The notes under the pieces: model-generated
What the model saw: only the letters and a program-made list of their open reading frames with translations
What the model was told of the DNA's origin: nothing
The model's database searches: none
In this document: positions 49,936 through 62,360 of the stretch, one piece after another
How the letters are laid out: each line of letters begins with the position of its first letter
Position numbering within the stretch: the stretch's first letter is position 1
NCBI GenBank assembly: GCA_013265495.1
Contig: MU058009.1
Span: 1,428,001 to 1,492,000 of the forward strand
DNA: 64,000 nucleotides
Reading direction: 5' to 3'
From: Vicugna vicugna
Taxonomy: Eukaryota
Position numbers and translations under genes: made by a program

Positions 49936-51106
49936 AAAATGATGCCTTATAATGTAGGCTTGCAGTAAGGCCATCATATAACCTCCCTACAAGTTAAGCA
50001 TTCTGACCGCTGGAGTCCTGCCTGATAATTCATCAAATACACAGCATTGTGCCTACGTCTTACATAAGCAGGGCTTATAGATCCCTCTGTGTTGAATTGC
50101 TACAGATTACTTGGTGTAATTAATAAATTTATTATTTTTTACTTGTACTTTCATTTTTTTAAATTTAGGAACTAGGAATTATTTTCTAGTCTTGAATATT
50201 CTCTTTGGCCTTAAAAAACCCTGGAGTTAGTGGGGATGCAGTGTAACACCTTGCTTGTAGTTTTTTCCAAGGAGGGGCCCCAGAGATGTTTAGAATCTCA
50301 CAGTTGGAATAAGTACATAGTCTCCCAAAATGAATACTGAACTTGGAAAAGCAACCTTTGGCCCCATTATTTTTTTTTTTTAGCCCCATTATTTAAAAGC
50401 CTCAGAATTCAGAAATACAAGATCTCATACTCGGAGGCAATGCTGCCGCAAGTCCCTGATAATTGTCCCGGTTGAGTTTCCTTGCCTTGGCTCTGGTGCC
50501 TGAAACTCCATCCAACGTGTCCTTTCAGTTTATCTAAAGCTGTTGAGAAAGCAGACAGACTCTCCCTGTTGTCCTGAATTATTCACGGGCAGGGCACAGA
50601 GCGCCCGCCCGTCTCCCAAGCCACACTTTGGTGTTAAGAGTCGTGCATTTTACCCACTGTGTATTTTTAGGAACAGAGCAAGCCTCTGCTGCAGTTTCAT
50701 TTATTTTGCTTTTGAAAATGGAAAGAGATTTCCCTAAGTCCTGGAAAAAAAAATTAGCCAGGAAAGAGAACACCAGAAGAGAAACAAAACTTCAGACAGA
50801 AGCGTGGAGGAAGGAAGTGGAATCAGAGACCAGATGAATTCCTTCCGCTCCCCCACTTTCAACCTGAGCCTGCCTCCCGGAGCTGCGGGGGTCCCCGGGC
50901 TGCAGGTCCTCCAGCCGGATGACTGTGCGCATTTCCATTTCAAAGGGAAACACACCGACTCACCAACCGCGGGGGTCCTCAGAGAGAGAAGAGCTGAACT
51001 GGGAAGAAAGGGAAGTGGGGCTCCTTGGCTCACGTTGTGAAATAACTCAAGCTCGAGCAGCTCAGACCTCCTTTTCTCATCCCCAGTTACAAGTCATCTA
51101 CGGACC

Positions 51107-51735
51107 TGATGCAGGAAAAACGGATGCGGGGCATGAGGAGGGCCGTGTCCCAGGCTTCGGTTGAGCCCCTGGGACGTGCCCCGCCAAGTGTGGGTCCTTG
51201 ACTTTGTGCAGGAAAGAATTCAAGAGCGAGCCACAGTTGAGTAAAGGTAGATTTATTTAGAGATACATCAAAAGGCAAGAGAAAGGCCACGAGGTGCGGG
51301 GGTGGGGGCTCAGATTAGAGCGAAAGTAGGTGCACGCTCCACAGACAGAGCGCCGGTGACTTGAAAGAGGGAGAGAGAGGGGCGGCCATGAGGCCCCGGG
51401 CTGCCATTTCTTATGGGCTCAGTGGCTTCAAATGCTAATAAGTGGAAGGGCCAGTCTAACTAGCCTGGGGAAGGGGCTGGGATTCCCAGGAAGTTGGCCA
51501 TTTCCCACCCTTGACCTTTTGTGGCCAGCCTTGGGACGGCCATGGAGCCTATGGGCGTGTTAGTCACCATGTTGATATATTACAATGTGCACATAATGAA
51601 GCTCAAGGTCTGCGAGAAGTCAGATCTCCCACCATCTTGAGCTTCAAGGCCTCCTGGGGGTTGAATCTTTCACCATTCTGGTGTTAACCGCTGTGAATTG
51701 CTGTGCCCTGACCCTTCCTCAAGCCGACGCCTCAA
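51107..51735 (-). mobile_element. ERV1-type solo LTR (lineage-specific)
   Basis: Contains ggtccttgactttgtgcaggaaagaattcaagagcgagccacag...agatttatttagaga, where tttatt is the reverse-complement polyA signal. Also ccttgaccttttgtggccagcc...tattacaatgtgcacataatga. Boundaries and TSD uncertain. Confidence 0.7.
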
Positions 51736-52119
51736 GGCAACCCACCCTGGCCCTGTCACGCATTCCCTGGAGGAAACACATTTCGGGAAGCCTGGGATAG
51801 TCCGTGCACAGAGCTGAAGGACAATGTGTCAGAAAACAAATCCGTTCTACCTGTCAGGTCTCGAAAGGACAATGTGTGACCCCCAAGGCCACCAGAAGGA
51901 GATAACCTTCCCTCTGCTCTTTGCACACCTGGGATGCTGGAAAAAGAGAAGGAATCTCCTTTCTGAGCACAGAAGTCTCCTGAAATCTTTCCTCACCACG
52001 TGCTGGAGCTGAACCGTTCACAGTCAGAATGCAAAGGATGGAAGAGGAAGAGGAGCAGGAAACAGCAGAGACGTGGGGAACCAGGCTGCAGGGAGCACCA
52101 CTCAAATACCGTCCCCTGA

Positions 52120-52760
52120 ACACGGCTCCCTTTGGGGGGACGCCTCGACGGGGCGGGCGGCCATGGCACGGCTGTCGCGTGCTGAGGTGTAAGGTGAGTG
52201 AGTCATTCTTGGCCTCCAAGGAAAATCACATCCATCAACCGGCCTTCCCTCCAGGAGTCAAAAAATGAACTTCAAAATAGCCTCTGCGATCAAGCTGTCT
52301 GGGTGGGAAGACCCCACCCAGGCCAGGAAGCTCCCCCCAGGGCTATTCATCAGGCGGGAGCTGGGCGAGTAATTAGTCTCCCACTGGCCGCATAGCCCTC
52401 CCGGGCCGAGAGCCCGAGGGCTGAGTCCAGGTGGGACCGTCGGGCCGCGTGTGGGCGGGCAGCTGGCTCAGGCGGGACCACAGAAATGGGAGGCTTTATT
52501 TATTTCATTAACAAGAACAAAACAGCAGACGGCTGCTCTTTACACAGTAAGATCACGTCACGGGAGCCCTCGGTGCCCAGGTGACGGGCCCGGCCCCCGG
52601 CTCGCTCTCCCGGGCCCCCGCACCGCGTTCTGGCGGAGGTGGGCCCCGCCGGCTGCCCTCGGCCCGGCCCTCTGGGGCTGAGCACGTGTCACCGACAAGC
52701 CGCCCTTGCGGGTGTTTCCTGGCTGGGCCCGAGCGAGGCCGAGAGCAGAGATTTTGCAGC
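52120..52760. promoter_or_regulatory. CpG island / promoter-like element
   Basis: GC- and CpG-dense with GC boxes. TCACGTCA at 52553 and CACGTG at 52683. Confidence 0.7.
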
Positions 52761-53099
52761 AGGAGGCCCTGGACCTGGTCTTTGCTGAAAACATGCGCCA
52801 AGTTCAGGGGAAACAACTCCCCAGAGTGAAGGATCCTAAAAAATTGTCATTTTATTTAAAACAAAGACTTCAAGACTGAAAAGAAATACCATCTCAGCGG
52901 GCGACAATGAACCACGCCGCTTTAATGACTGGCTCTGAAGTCTTCAGGAAAACAAAGCATAACACAGCCTCGCCTCTTGTCCATCATCCGTGATCCAAGC
53001 TCCTATTCTACTTTCAGGAAGCTTCCTTCCATGACTCTAGTTTACCCAGAACCCGCTTTTCTCTGAATCCCAGCAGCATTTGTCATAACAGCAGAGGTG

Positions 53100-53340
53100 C
53101 TGATCGCTAACCGTGCTGAGTGAGCGCTCCACGCCGGGCAGTGTTCTAAACGCTCTACATCAGTTAACGTGGCTACTCCTCACGACAGCCTCAAAAGATG
53201 GGTATTAATACCACCCTCCTTTTATGGGTGTTGATACTGAAGTGTGAAGAGAGTAAGTAACGTAAAGGTCACACAGCTGGCATGTCTGGATTTGAACCCA
53301 GACGTCCGACTGTAGACTGCTAATCTAACCACTTCACTAT
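53100..53340 (-). mobile_element. MIR SINE
   Basis: Contains gccgggcagtgttctaaacgctctaca...ctcctcacgacagcctc...aaggtcacacagctgg...ggatttgaacccagac. Confidence 0.85.
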
Positions 53341-54019
53341 CTCCCACTAATTAATTAGCTGATGAATTCTCTCTTTTATTTTTAATTCACCAAATATTCC
53401 GGAATATCCAATATGGCAGGCTCTTTGGTGAAACACTGTGTGAGAAATGCAGAAGGACACAGAGCCACCTGAAACACGTGGCCAAGGTCCTCACCGCCTG
53501 CCAGTGCGTGTGATAAACGCCCAAGTCAGAACACGGTGAGAACAGGTGGGACCCACGTTGTAAGTAACAGCTGCCTTCGGAAATCTGTTCTAGGTCTTAG
53601 GAAGAAGAACCCAACCCTTGCACTGGGACTTGAGGGAAATAAAGCCAAAAGAGAGAGCTTTTCAGACAGGGACATTTTCAAGCACGACACAGCATAATGC
53701 ATGTTTGCACAGAACAACTTCCTCAACTGATAAGTGGGACGTACGTATGAGTAACACCGTGGGTGGTGAGGACCAGATTGGTAGGTCGTGGCCAGTAAAC
53801 GAAGATTACTTAGTTTAGGGTTCACTTGCAGCCCCAAAAAGGAATCGATGAAGATATTTGAGCCTACGAATGACTCAACGAACTTGTGCTTTGGAAAGAG
53901 AAAGCAGCAGTGGGCATGATGCTTAAGATAAAAGGGAGAGAAGAAAAGTGGGCGGGGGTGGGGTGGGCAGCTGGATGACCATCACAGAGCTGGCAGGAGA
54001 TGCTAAGTCAAACCAGAAT

Positions 54020-54360
54020 GAGGTGGCGATGGGGAACCCACGGGAAGGTGAATTCAGAGACCTGTTGAAAAGCTGCACCTAAGAGACCGTCGATGGGGAT
54101 GGTACCCAGCTAGGAGGCTGGGGGAGTACTGTACCATGAAGGGAAAGAGAAAAGTCGTGAGGGTGATCTGGTTGTTGGAAAAGAGGGGAAGATTCATGTC
54201 TGAGAGAGTCTGAGCTTGAGATACATGTAACTATGAAAAGCAGGAAGTTGAAAATCTTAGACCACAACTTAGGAGAGATTTCAAATGTCCCGAAAGAGAC
54301 TTAAGCATCCTCCACATAATGGTGGCAGTTATACTGGGAGACAAAGATGAAATTGACATG
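54020..54360 (-). mobile_element. L2 fragment
   Basis: Purine-rich L2-like sequence: tgagcttgagatacatg...gcaggaagttgaaaat...ttaggagagatt...catcctccacataatggtggcagtt. Confidence 0.5.
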
Positions 54361-56079
54361 GAAAAGGCTACAGAAATTGCAGTAGATTTTTTTTTTAATC
54401 ATAGAAAGGAAAATAATGCAGGCTTTAAGCTCCCTGAAGGTATCACATTTCCCTGCTGTATATCTAATGCCTTAGATCACAGCTTGGTACAGAACAGACA
54501 TAAAATAGTTATTTGTGGAAGGAATAAAGCTTTGTAGACTCAGGGCAAATTAGAAAAATAATCTGTTTGGACAGTTGCAAAAATTTTAAATTCTGCCCTG
54601 TACAGCATATTGGTAGTAAAACTAAGCTAATGGGTTTTTTCCAGAAAAAGCATTGGGAAAATTCACGTTAGACCTGATGACATCAAAATTCAGAGTTATG
54701 GGAGCGTCCTGGCCACACAACCACAGGACTGAGAATCAGCAAGGCTGCACGCGTGGTTTTCTCTACGCCCTTGGCAATTTTCAGCTCTCAAGTGTCAGCT
54801 CTCCACCTGCCATCTGTAAATTGGGGACAGAATTCTCAGCTTCAACCCTACAAAGGAACATCTTTTCAGACTCCTTGCGGAGAATCTTAGATATCATTCT
54901 AAATGGCAGAGTCATTGTCAGATGATGTGTTCTATATTTTGTAAAATCCCTTTTGTCTGAGGAATTGTTCCTAAGAGTTGCTTGGCCTGGTTTACCGACT
55001 AAAGAGGGCGGATGCTTCATTAGGGCTCCAGCCAGCCTTCCCCTGTCAAAGAAGATGAAGCAGGAAGATGGTGTGTACACTTGAGATTGGTGGGTCTTCA
55101 AGATGGTCAAGCACCCTGAGCCTTGCCCTGCTCTGGTCACGGAATTTCCATCTTAATTTTCAGGTCAGCTCTCTAAGATCTATTTGGGGCAATGTGATGA
55201 CTGTGCAGTGGTTTTTCTCTGGTGGTTCTGTGTAGATTGAGGGATGTTTGAGGAGATAAACAAGGAGGCAAACAGTGTTACCACAGATACCTGAATTTGT
55301 TTTTTTTTTTCTCTTCAAAAGATATTCACCACACACTGGTTCTTTTTATCTGACTTGCACTCTCACCTAATTCTCAAACCAAACTTCTGAAAATTTAAAA
55401 TTAAAAAAAATAAAAGATTTCATGCACTATTTCATTTCACCGTTTTGCCTCTTTCTTTACTGTCTTTTTATTTCCTGCTTCCCCACGAAGTAAAGGATGG
55501 AGTTGCCTCACCTCAGCTCTATCTGCCGAGGGGTGATGTTGAAATTTGCTATTTGGGGAGAACCTAACGCTTCGGATGTAGATTTGTTTCACTGGTCTTA
55601 TTTTTCAGACCCAAAGTGGGATCAAAGCTTTAACTAAGATTACCCACCAATTAGAGAGCGATGGCAGGAAATAAAATTCATCATGACCGTATCCTAGGAA
55701 CACAAAATGTGAGAAAATGAAAGACCATTACCTCATTATCCTCAGCTCCAGTAAGAAACTAGATTACAAGTTTAGAAATAATAATAATGAGAACAATTTT
55801 AAAAATAAGGTCAAAAAGTGAAAGTGGGATTGGTGGTTACAGTGTTTTCATAAAATTCAGATGGGGAGAGGCAAAGGGATGGTCTCAAAATCTACCCGTT
55901 TAACCAAAATGTCCACACCTCTACAAACCCAGTCTTTTTTTCTCTATCAGATGTGAGCAACCCTAAAACCAGAAGCATGGAGCCAGCCCGAATACCTTGC
56001 CCCCCGCCCTGTCCTTCAGAGCTAATCAATTTTTTTTCACTCAGTGGACCCATGTTCAGTTTTAAGTTTGCCACCCCCA

Positions 56080-56110
56080 ACACACACTCACACACACACA
56101 CACACACACA
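56080..56110. repeat. Interrupted (CA)n microsatellite
   Basis: Reads acacacactcacacacacacacacacacaca. Confidence 0.9.
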
Positions 56111-58129
56111 CCCTTTATCCATCTATCATGTCACAACTATTGACACCAAAGGGGAATTTTGACCTAGAGAAGGGGTATTTTATATATGTAGAGTTCTGTT
56201 ACAATTATATAATCAAGAATTACTGTTTCTATGTTTTCAGCGTAAGACCTGTTTTCATTAAAGACACCCACGCCTACGCATCAATGGAAGTGAACCTGTT
56301 TTTCCACACAGATGTCTGAAATTCTTTCGACTTGCATTTTGTATTGGAGACTCAGGTTCATGCCACACTTTGGGATAAAGACTCCAGTAATCAAGTCATG
56401 GAAGCTTATCTGAACTGACAACGAAGCATCCTACCCAAGGGAAAGAAAAATTGAATTTTCCACTTATTCTTTGGGGCTTAAGGATGAAAAGAACCCACAA
56501 AGTGTAACTTACGTTTCTTACCTAGTAAAAACCCCAGAGCTACACCGAAACCCAATGTGGGGTTGCTTCCAGTTTATGATAAGGAAGCACCGAGGGCAAG
56601 AGGGAGCGTCACCTGACTCATAGTCCATTTCCAGGCCTGGTACACGTGGTGCCCACGCCCACGGGAACTCACACGCACTCTCAGTGGAGACTGTGAGTCA
56701 GGAGCTGTAACTTTACAACCAAATTGCCAATCAAATGATATTCTTAGAAGTTCAGAAGCTTTTATTAACACAGAAGTTTTAGACTTACAGGCCAAGGATT
56801 GATCTGAGACAGAAGCAAGCCCCGTTTCTGTCTCAGGATCCTTAATGCAAGAGCGGTTCACAATGGGAAGTGCATTTACGACAGAGCTGTGGCAGAATGT
56901 GACATCACCTGGGCACCTGAACCTCTCCCTCTGCCTGGAAACGCCAGACCACATGAAACAGGCTTACCTCAACCCAGAAGGGCCTCTGCGCCTTGGAAGA
57001 GGAGCCTTGGATCTTGGAATTGTCAGTGGAGCCTAAGAGAATGGTAACATCCACCTGCCACTCTTGAGTTCTCAGAACACCGCTATAAATGCCCTTGGGG
57101 CTTATTTGGGAGAAAATGTGTGTGAGTTGATAAATGTATAGCTTATACATCTGAAGTAACGTGCAGGAATCAGATCTCACCCCTGCGTGTGCTCACAGGG
57201 GCCAGACACTTTCCCCTGGCATCTGCACAATGTCGGGAAGGATGCTGCCTGATGCAGTGCAAACAGTATCCATCTTACCTTTAGGAGGCGAAGGTTGGGA
57301 CTCCAACTCTCCATTTTCCGTGAGCCACTTTCCCTCCCTGTACTCAGTTTCCTGTGGGTGGTGAGACTGAATCTGTTGACTTTCAAAATTCTTTCCAGTG
57401 TGGAATGTCGTAGCCCTCAGTCACTATGTCCTGCCGCGCAAGGAAGACTCCAGTATTCTAGGCTCGTGGGCTTCAGTGTTCGCTTCTCCATCCTCAGGGG
57501 AAACTGACTGTAATCCAGGTCTTTTCCATTTCCTTTGATTTGGTTTTTATTCATTCAACCGTCTCCGTTCAGGAAACATTTATTCAAATGCAAGGCACGG
57601 TGCTAGGTGTTTTCACCCTACTAATAATTCTCCAAAGCCCAGCCTGTGCGCTGTGTGCACTGAGCCTCATAACATCCACGTGAGTGTAGGCAAGTCAGAC
57701 ACGCCCGTTTCCACTGCATAACGAGGGTGCCACCAGGAACTGGCGAGCATAAATGTTTAGCAATCTAAAAATTATAAGAGATGGGGCCACTCAGTACATC
57801 TTTTGACTCTTGGACTAATTTCCAGTCCAATATTCCAAACAGCCTCAACCAAACAATATTTTGCTTTTTTAATTAAACATTATTCAAGATAAAATATTCT
57901 CCAGAACCTCTCAATTAAGACTGGTGAGTCAGGAGCTATTTTATCTTCACAAAAACCCCACAAAGCTCTATGATTTGGCCCAAACAACATAACCCAACAT
58001 GCGGGAAAGACTTGAGACTATGTTATGGTAAATTCAAGTACCGTCAGCCACAAATTCAGCTGAATTCTCACAGGCTGAAAATAAAGACTATCCATCATTT
58101 ATTTTCTAAAATATGTCAGGCAGCTGCAG

Positions 58130-58320
58130 TGCTATTTTCTTAACATATATCTTCCTTAAATGCCTACAAGAACGCTGCAAAGTAGGTCTTATCATTTGAC
58201 AGATGAGAAAAAATTGAGGCACCATTAAATAACATGTCCAAGGTCACAGAGTTAGTGAGTGACTGGAATGAACCTCAAACCCAGGAATGTCTGGCCGTGA
58301 AGTCCAAGCTCTTCCCATGG
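58130..58320 (-). mobile_element. MIR SINE
   Basis: Contains tttgacagatgagaaaaaattgaggc...tgtccaaggtcacagagttagtgag...aaacccagg. Confidence 0.8.
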
Positions 58321-58623
58321 TTTGTAGGGAGATTCCGTGATTCCCAACTGATAACCTGTTCTAGGTCACATCAAGCAATTTTTCTGACCACTGTCCTTCA
58401 AGAGTAATCCTAAAGAAGTAGCTACATCTGGATGGGAAGTGCGAAGAGGTGAAGTTCGGGGGATAAGCACATTCGGAAACAGAATAATCAAGTAAGTTCT
58501 GTGTAAGGACACTAGGATCAGTAAACTCCTACCAGAGTCTTACAGAAAGAAGACGTCCAGCTAGCAGTGGTCAGTATTCATCCTTAAACAGATCACACAG
58601 CTTCCTATAGTGGAAAACTCCTC

Positions 58624-59468
58624 TTTTTATTGAAGTATAGTTGATTTGCAATATTGTATTAGTTCCAGGTGTACAGCAAAGTGATTCAGTTATATAATAC
58701 ATGTATATTCTTTTCCATTAGAGGTTACTGAAAGTTACTGAATATTGTTTCCTGTGCTATTTAGTAGGACCTTGTTGTTTATCTATTTTATATATAGTAG
58801 TTTGCATCCATCCCATACTCCTAATTTATCCCTACCCCACTTTCCCCTTTGGTAACCATAAGTTTGTTTTCTACGTCTGTGAGTCTGTTTCTGTTTTGTA
58901 AATAAGTTCATTTGTGTCATTTTTTTTAAGATTCCACATAGAAGTGATACTATATGATACTTGTCTTTCCATGACTTACTTCACTTAGTATGAAAACCTC
59001 CAGGACCATCCACGTTGCTGTGACTGGCATTATTTTACTATTTTTTTTATGGCTGAGTAATTTTCCATTTTATATATATGCACCACAACTTCTTTATCCA
59101 GTCATCTGTTGATGGACATTTAGGTTGCTTCCTTGTCTTGGCTATCATAAATAGTGTTGCTGGGGTACATGTATTTTTATGAGTTAGAGTTTTCTCCAGA
59201 TATACGCCCAGGAGTGGGATTGCTGGATCACATGATAACTCTATTTTCAGTTTTTTAAGGAATCTCCATACTGTTTTCCATAGTGGCTGCACCAAACGTG
59301 GTGCACATTCCCACCAGCAGTGTAGGAGTTCCCTTTTCGCCACACCCTCCTCAGTGTTGATCATTTGTAGACTTTTTAATGATGGCTTTCCTGATCAGTG
59401 TGCGGTGTTGCCTCATTGTAGTTTTGCATTTCTGTGATAATTAGCGCTGTTGAGCATCCTTCAGCATG
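58624..59468 (-). mobile_element. Cetartiodactyl L1 (ORF2 C-terminus plus 3' UTR), 5'-truncated
   Basis: ORF 59047-59364 ([38 protein letters not shown]...KQPKCPSTDDWIKKLW) is clearly the L1 ORF2p C-terminus. The 3' UTR resembles the other young L1 copies in the window. Confidence 0.95.
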
Positions 59469-59704
59469 TACAGTAACAAACCCTTCTCCCGCACAGTGGT
59501 ACTAGCCAGTCCCCTTTTTTGAGAGTTCAATGCTTGAGGCTAGGAGTTTCCTAGCTGTACTAGTCAGAATGATTAGATTGATAACCCTCAACAGTAGCAC
59601 AAGCACAAAGTTTTATTTTTAACCATGCAAAGTCTGCTGTAGGTCCCGTGGCTCCGCAGGGCGACTCTGCTCTGTGAGGTAGTTCAGCCCCAATCTACTT
59701 CACT

Positions 59705-60117
59705 TCTCATTACCCCTGCACCCTTTACCCTTCTCCACCCTACTCTGTGCCCTGTGAACCACACACACTGCATCATATGCTCACCTGCCCCTTGGCTTCC
59801 TCTTGTGTTGGATCAGTAGGGAGTACCCGTGGGAGGGGAGACTGAGGTCCACATAATGACCCCTTTTGAGTCCTGTGGCATCAGTGGGAGTGGGGCTGAG
59901 AGTCTACTGTTCTCCACTTCAGCTCTTTGGGTCTGGGTTCCAGAAACCACTCCCTTCCCTTATCCCTGTGGGGAGGCCAACAACCTACTCTTATGAAACC
60001 GAAAGTATCATATCTCATGTGTTTTCCCCACACTCTGCCCACATCTCTATAATCAGTCTCTCTGCTTACTAAATTCCCAGTTTCTTTTTGTTCCCTACTG
60101 AGACCCTGACTGACACA
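59705..60117 (+). mobile_element. ERVL-class solo LTR, LTR33-like
   Basis: Contains cccttctccaccctactctgtgccc...ccccttggcttcc and ends gagaccctgactgacaca. Confidence 0.7.
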
Positions 60118-60368
60118 AGGGAGCTCTGAGAAAGGAGTACACACTCTAACTGTTGAAAAGAACCTTTATTAGACTTCACTATACTTACCTCTTGGATTAG
60201 AAATGTGTTCACCATTAATAGAATCCACTTACAATAACCTCATAAATTGGTGTTCTTTCTCCGTCTTCATCCATCCTCACCATCATCGGAAAAACTGGTT
60301 CTGTTTTTCTGATTGCATGTGTCTTTGTAAAACCTCTAGTGGCTTTTCATTCCCGTAGAAATATATCA

Positions 60369-60532
60369 GTGCGGCCCACCTGCATTGGTGAAGGCTCTCT
60401 TCTTTACTCAATCTACCAGTTTAGATGATAATCTCTTCTGGAAACGTCCTCACAGACACACCTGGAAATATTACTTTGCCAGCTTTCTGGACATTACTCA
60501 GCCCAGTCAAGTTGACACATAAAAATACCACA
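60369..60532 (-). mobile_element. MLT2 LTR (partial 3' LTR of an ERV-L provirus)
   Basis: cctcacagacacacc...gcccagtcaagttgacacataaaaataccaca is the reverse complement of the MLT2 5' end. It is preceded on the minus strand by a PPT-like ccaagagtggact (60533-60545). Confidence 0.88.
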
Positions 60533-61800
60533 AGTCCACTCTTGGTCAACTTGGCACCCATACGCATCTCCATAAATCATGCTTTCTCACCAAATAAAGA
60601 CAATAACAAGGTCACAGTTCTGCCTAACATGATGTAGCTATCTCATGTATAACTTAAAGCACACTAACCTCTTCCCCAGAAGAGGAGGTGAAATCCTTGA
60701 ATGATATTTACTTTTCCCCTGATAGCTCATACCTTAAACACTATGGGATAAAATTAACCGCACAAATACTAATATAAAATCAATACATCTAATGTTACAT
60801 GATTTTAAAAATGAGAGGAAAGAACTCAAATAAACTTGCTTAATAGGTATGTATATACACACAGACATGGTCCTAACAAAACCAGGAGGTGACGCTGATG
60901 ACAATTTTAATCCTGGTCTCATGCTCCTAGCTTGGATTTATAACCATCTTCTTCTGTTATCCCTTCTGTTCCCTTTGCCTTCAGCAAACATCTCATCTGG
61001 TCATGGTTCTTAACCTGGTGGGGTGACCCAAACGTTCATTCCTTGTTGTGTTGTGGTAGTTTTCCGTTGGCCTCAGTCACAGGACGCGGTGAAGCCCTAA
61101 GGGGCTCGTCCTTACCCCCACTGTAAGCAGCAGTTCAGAACAAATGAACTTGCTTAACAGGTATGTATACACACACAGACATGGTCCTAACAAAACCAGG
61201 AGGCGACACTGATGACAATTTTAATCCTGGTCTCATGCTCCTAACTTGGATTTATAACCATCTTCCTCTGTTACCCCTTCTGTTCCCTTTGCCTTCAGCA
61301 AACGTCTCAGCTGGTCATGGTTCTTAACCTGGTGGGGTTGGGGTGACCCAAACGTTCATTCCTTGTTGTGTTGTGGTAGTTTTCCGTTGGCCTCAGTCAC
61401 AGGACGCGGTGAAGCCCTAAGGGGCTCGTCCTTACCCCCACTGTAAGCAGCAGTTCAGTTCCCCCCAGCAGTCAGGATCAGTCACCCCCGCCAACATCCC
61501 AAGTCCCTTCTTTGTTGATTCCGAGGCATGAGGAGCCCACAGTGGCCGGGTCACTGTCTTAACTTCCAGTTCAGTGGAATCACTGTTGTGTCTCCTGGTG
61601 GAAGCATTCCTCCTTCTGGAACGAAGACCTCTAGGCCAGCAGGGCATAAAGTCCTAAGAACAAGAAGCAAAAATTTGACTAGTGGGTCACTAAGGATAAC
61701 AGTAGGCGGGGCCCCTCCCACCGCCCACTCCTCAGGTCTTAGACCCGAGAATGCCGGCTGTCAGAGAAGCAGCACCAGGCACACTGCTTCAGAGCCTCCT
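60533..61800 (-). mobile_element. ERV-L internal region (3' part) containing a tandem duplication
   Basis: Contiguous with the PPT and MLT2 LTR, and carries the ERV-L dUTPase remnant. Confidence 0.85.
61375..61700 (-). pseudogene. Decayed ERV-L dUTPase
   Basis: Manual translation gives SDPLVKFLL...AGLEVFVPEGGMLPPGDTTVIPLNWKLRQ*PGHCGLLMPRNQQ, a frameshift, then KKGLGMLAGVTDPDCWGE. This matches ERV-L dUTPase including motif III (GVIDPDY.GE), with a stop and frameshifts. Confidence 0.9.
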
Positions 61801-62019
61801 GTGCTGTATCTTACAATGGATTGAGCTGTTTTATGTCTATTCCTCCTCATTAGATTTGAAAAAAGTTTGAAGACAAGATTTGCATTTTAAGTATTTTTTT
61901 TTATATCCTTTGATACTTACAGAGTGCCTGGAACATCTTAAATGTGAGTAATGGTATATTGAGTGGCTGGATCCATACATCAGGATAAAGTATCAACTGC
62001 TCCCATAATCAAAAGGAGA

Positions 62020-62360
62020 CCTGGAGAGGGGAGGGGGGTTGGAGAAAGGTGGTCAAAAGGTGCAAACTTCTAATTGTGAGATAGATAAGTCCCAGGGATG
62101 CAGTGTGCGGCTTGAAGACCACAGTTAACACTGCTGTGTGATACGCAGGGAAGTGGTTAGGAGATGGACCCTAAGAGTTCTCCTTACAAGGAGACTTTTA
62201 TTCTTGTGTTTTTATTGTTATTTATATGAGATGATGAATGTTACGTAAACATATTGCGATCATTTTACAATATAGGTAAGTCAAGCCATCATGGTGTACA
62301 CCTTAAACTTATACAGTGGTGCGTGTCCATTACTTCTCAATAAAACTCAAAAAAAAAAAA
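62020..62360 (+). mobile_element. L1MA9-like LINE-1 3' end with poly(A)
   Basis: Reads ggtggtcaaaaggtgcaaacttct...acagttaacactgctg...catggtgtacaccttaaacttatacag...ctcaataaaactc followed by A12. Confidence 0.85.

Noticed and set aside
52029..52268. ORF MQRMEEEEEQ... and Kozak-like gccATGG at 52163 as a first coding exon
   Set aside because: The Kozak ATG frame stops after 9 codons, the longer ORF has no recognisable homology, and no downstream coding exons were found.
59047..59364. 105-aa ORF as a host gene
   Set aside because: It is the C-terminus of a truncated L1 ORF2.
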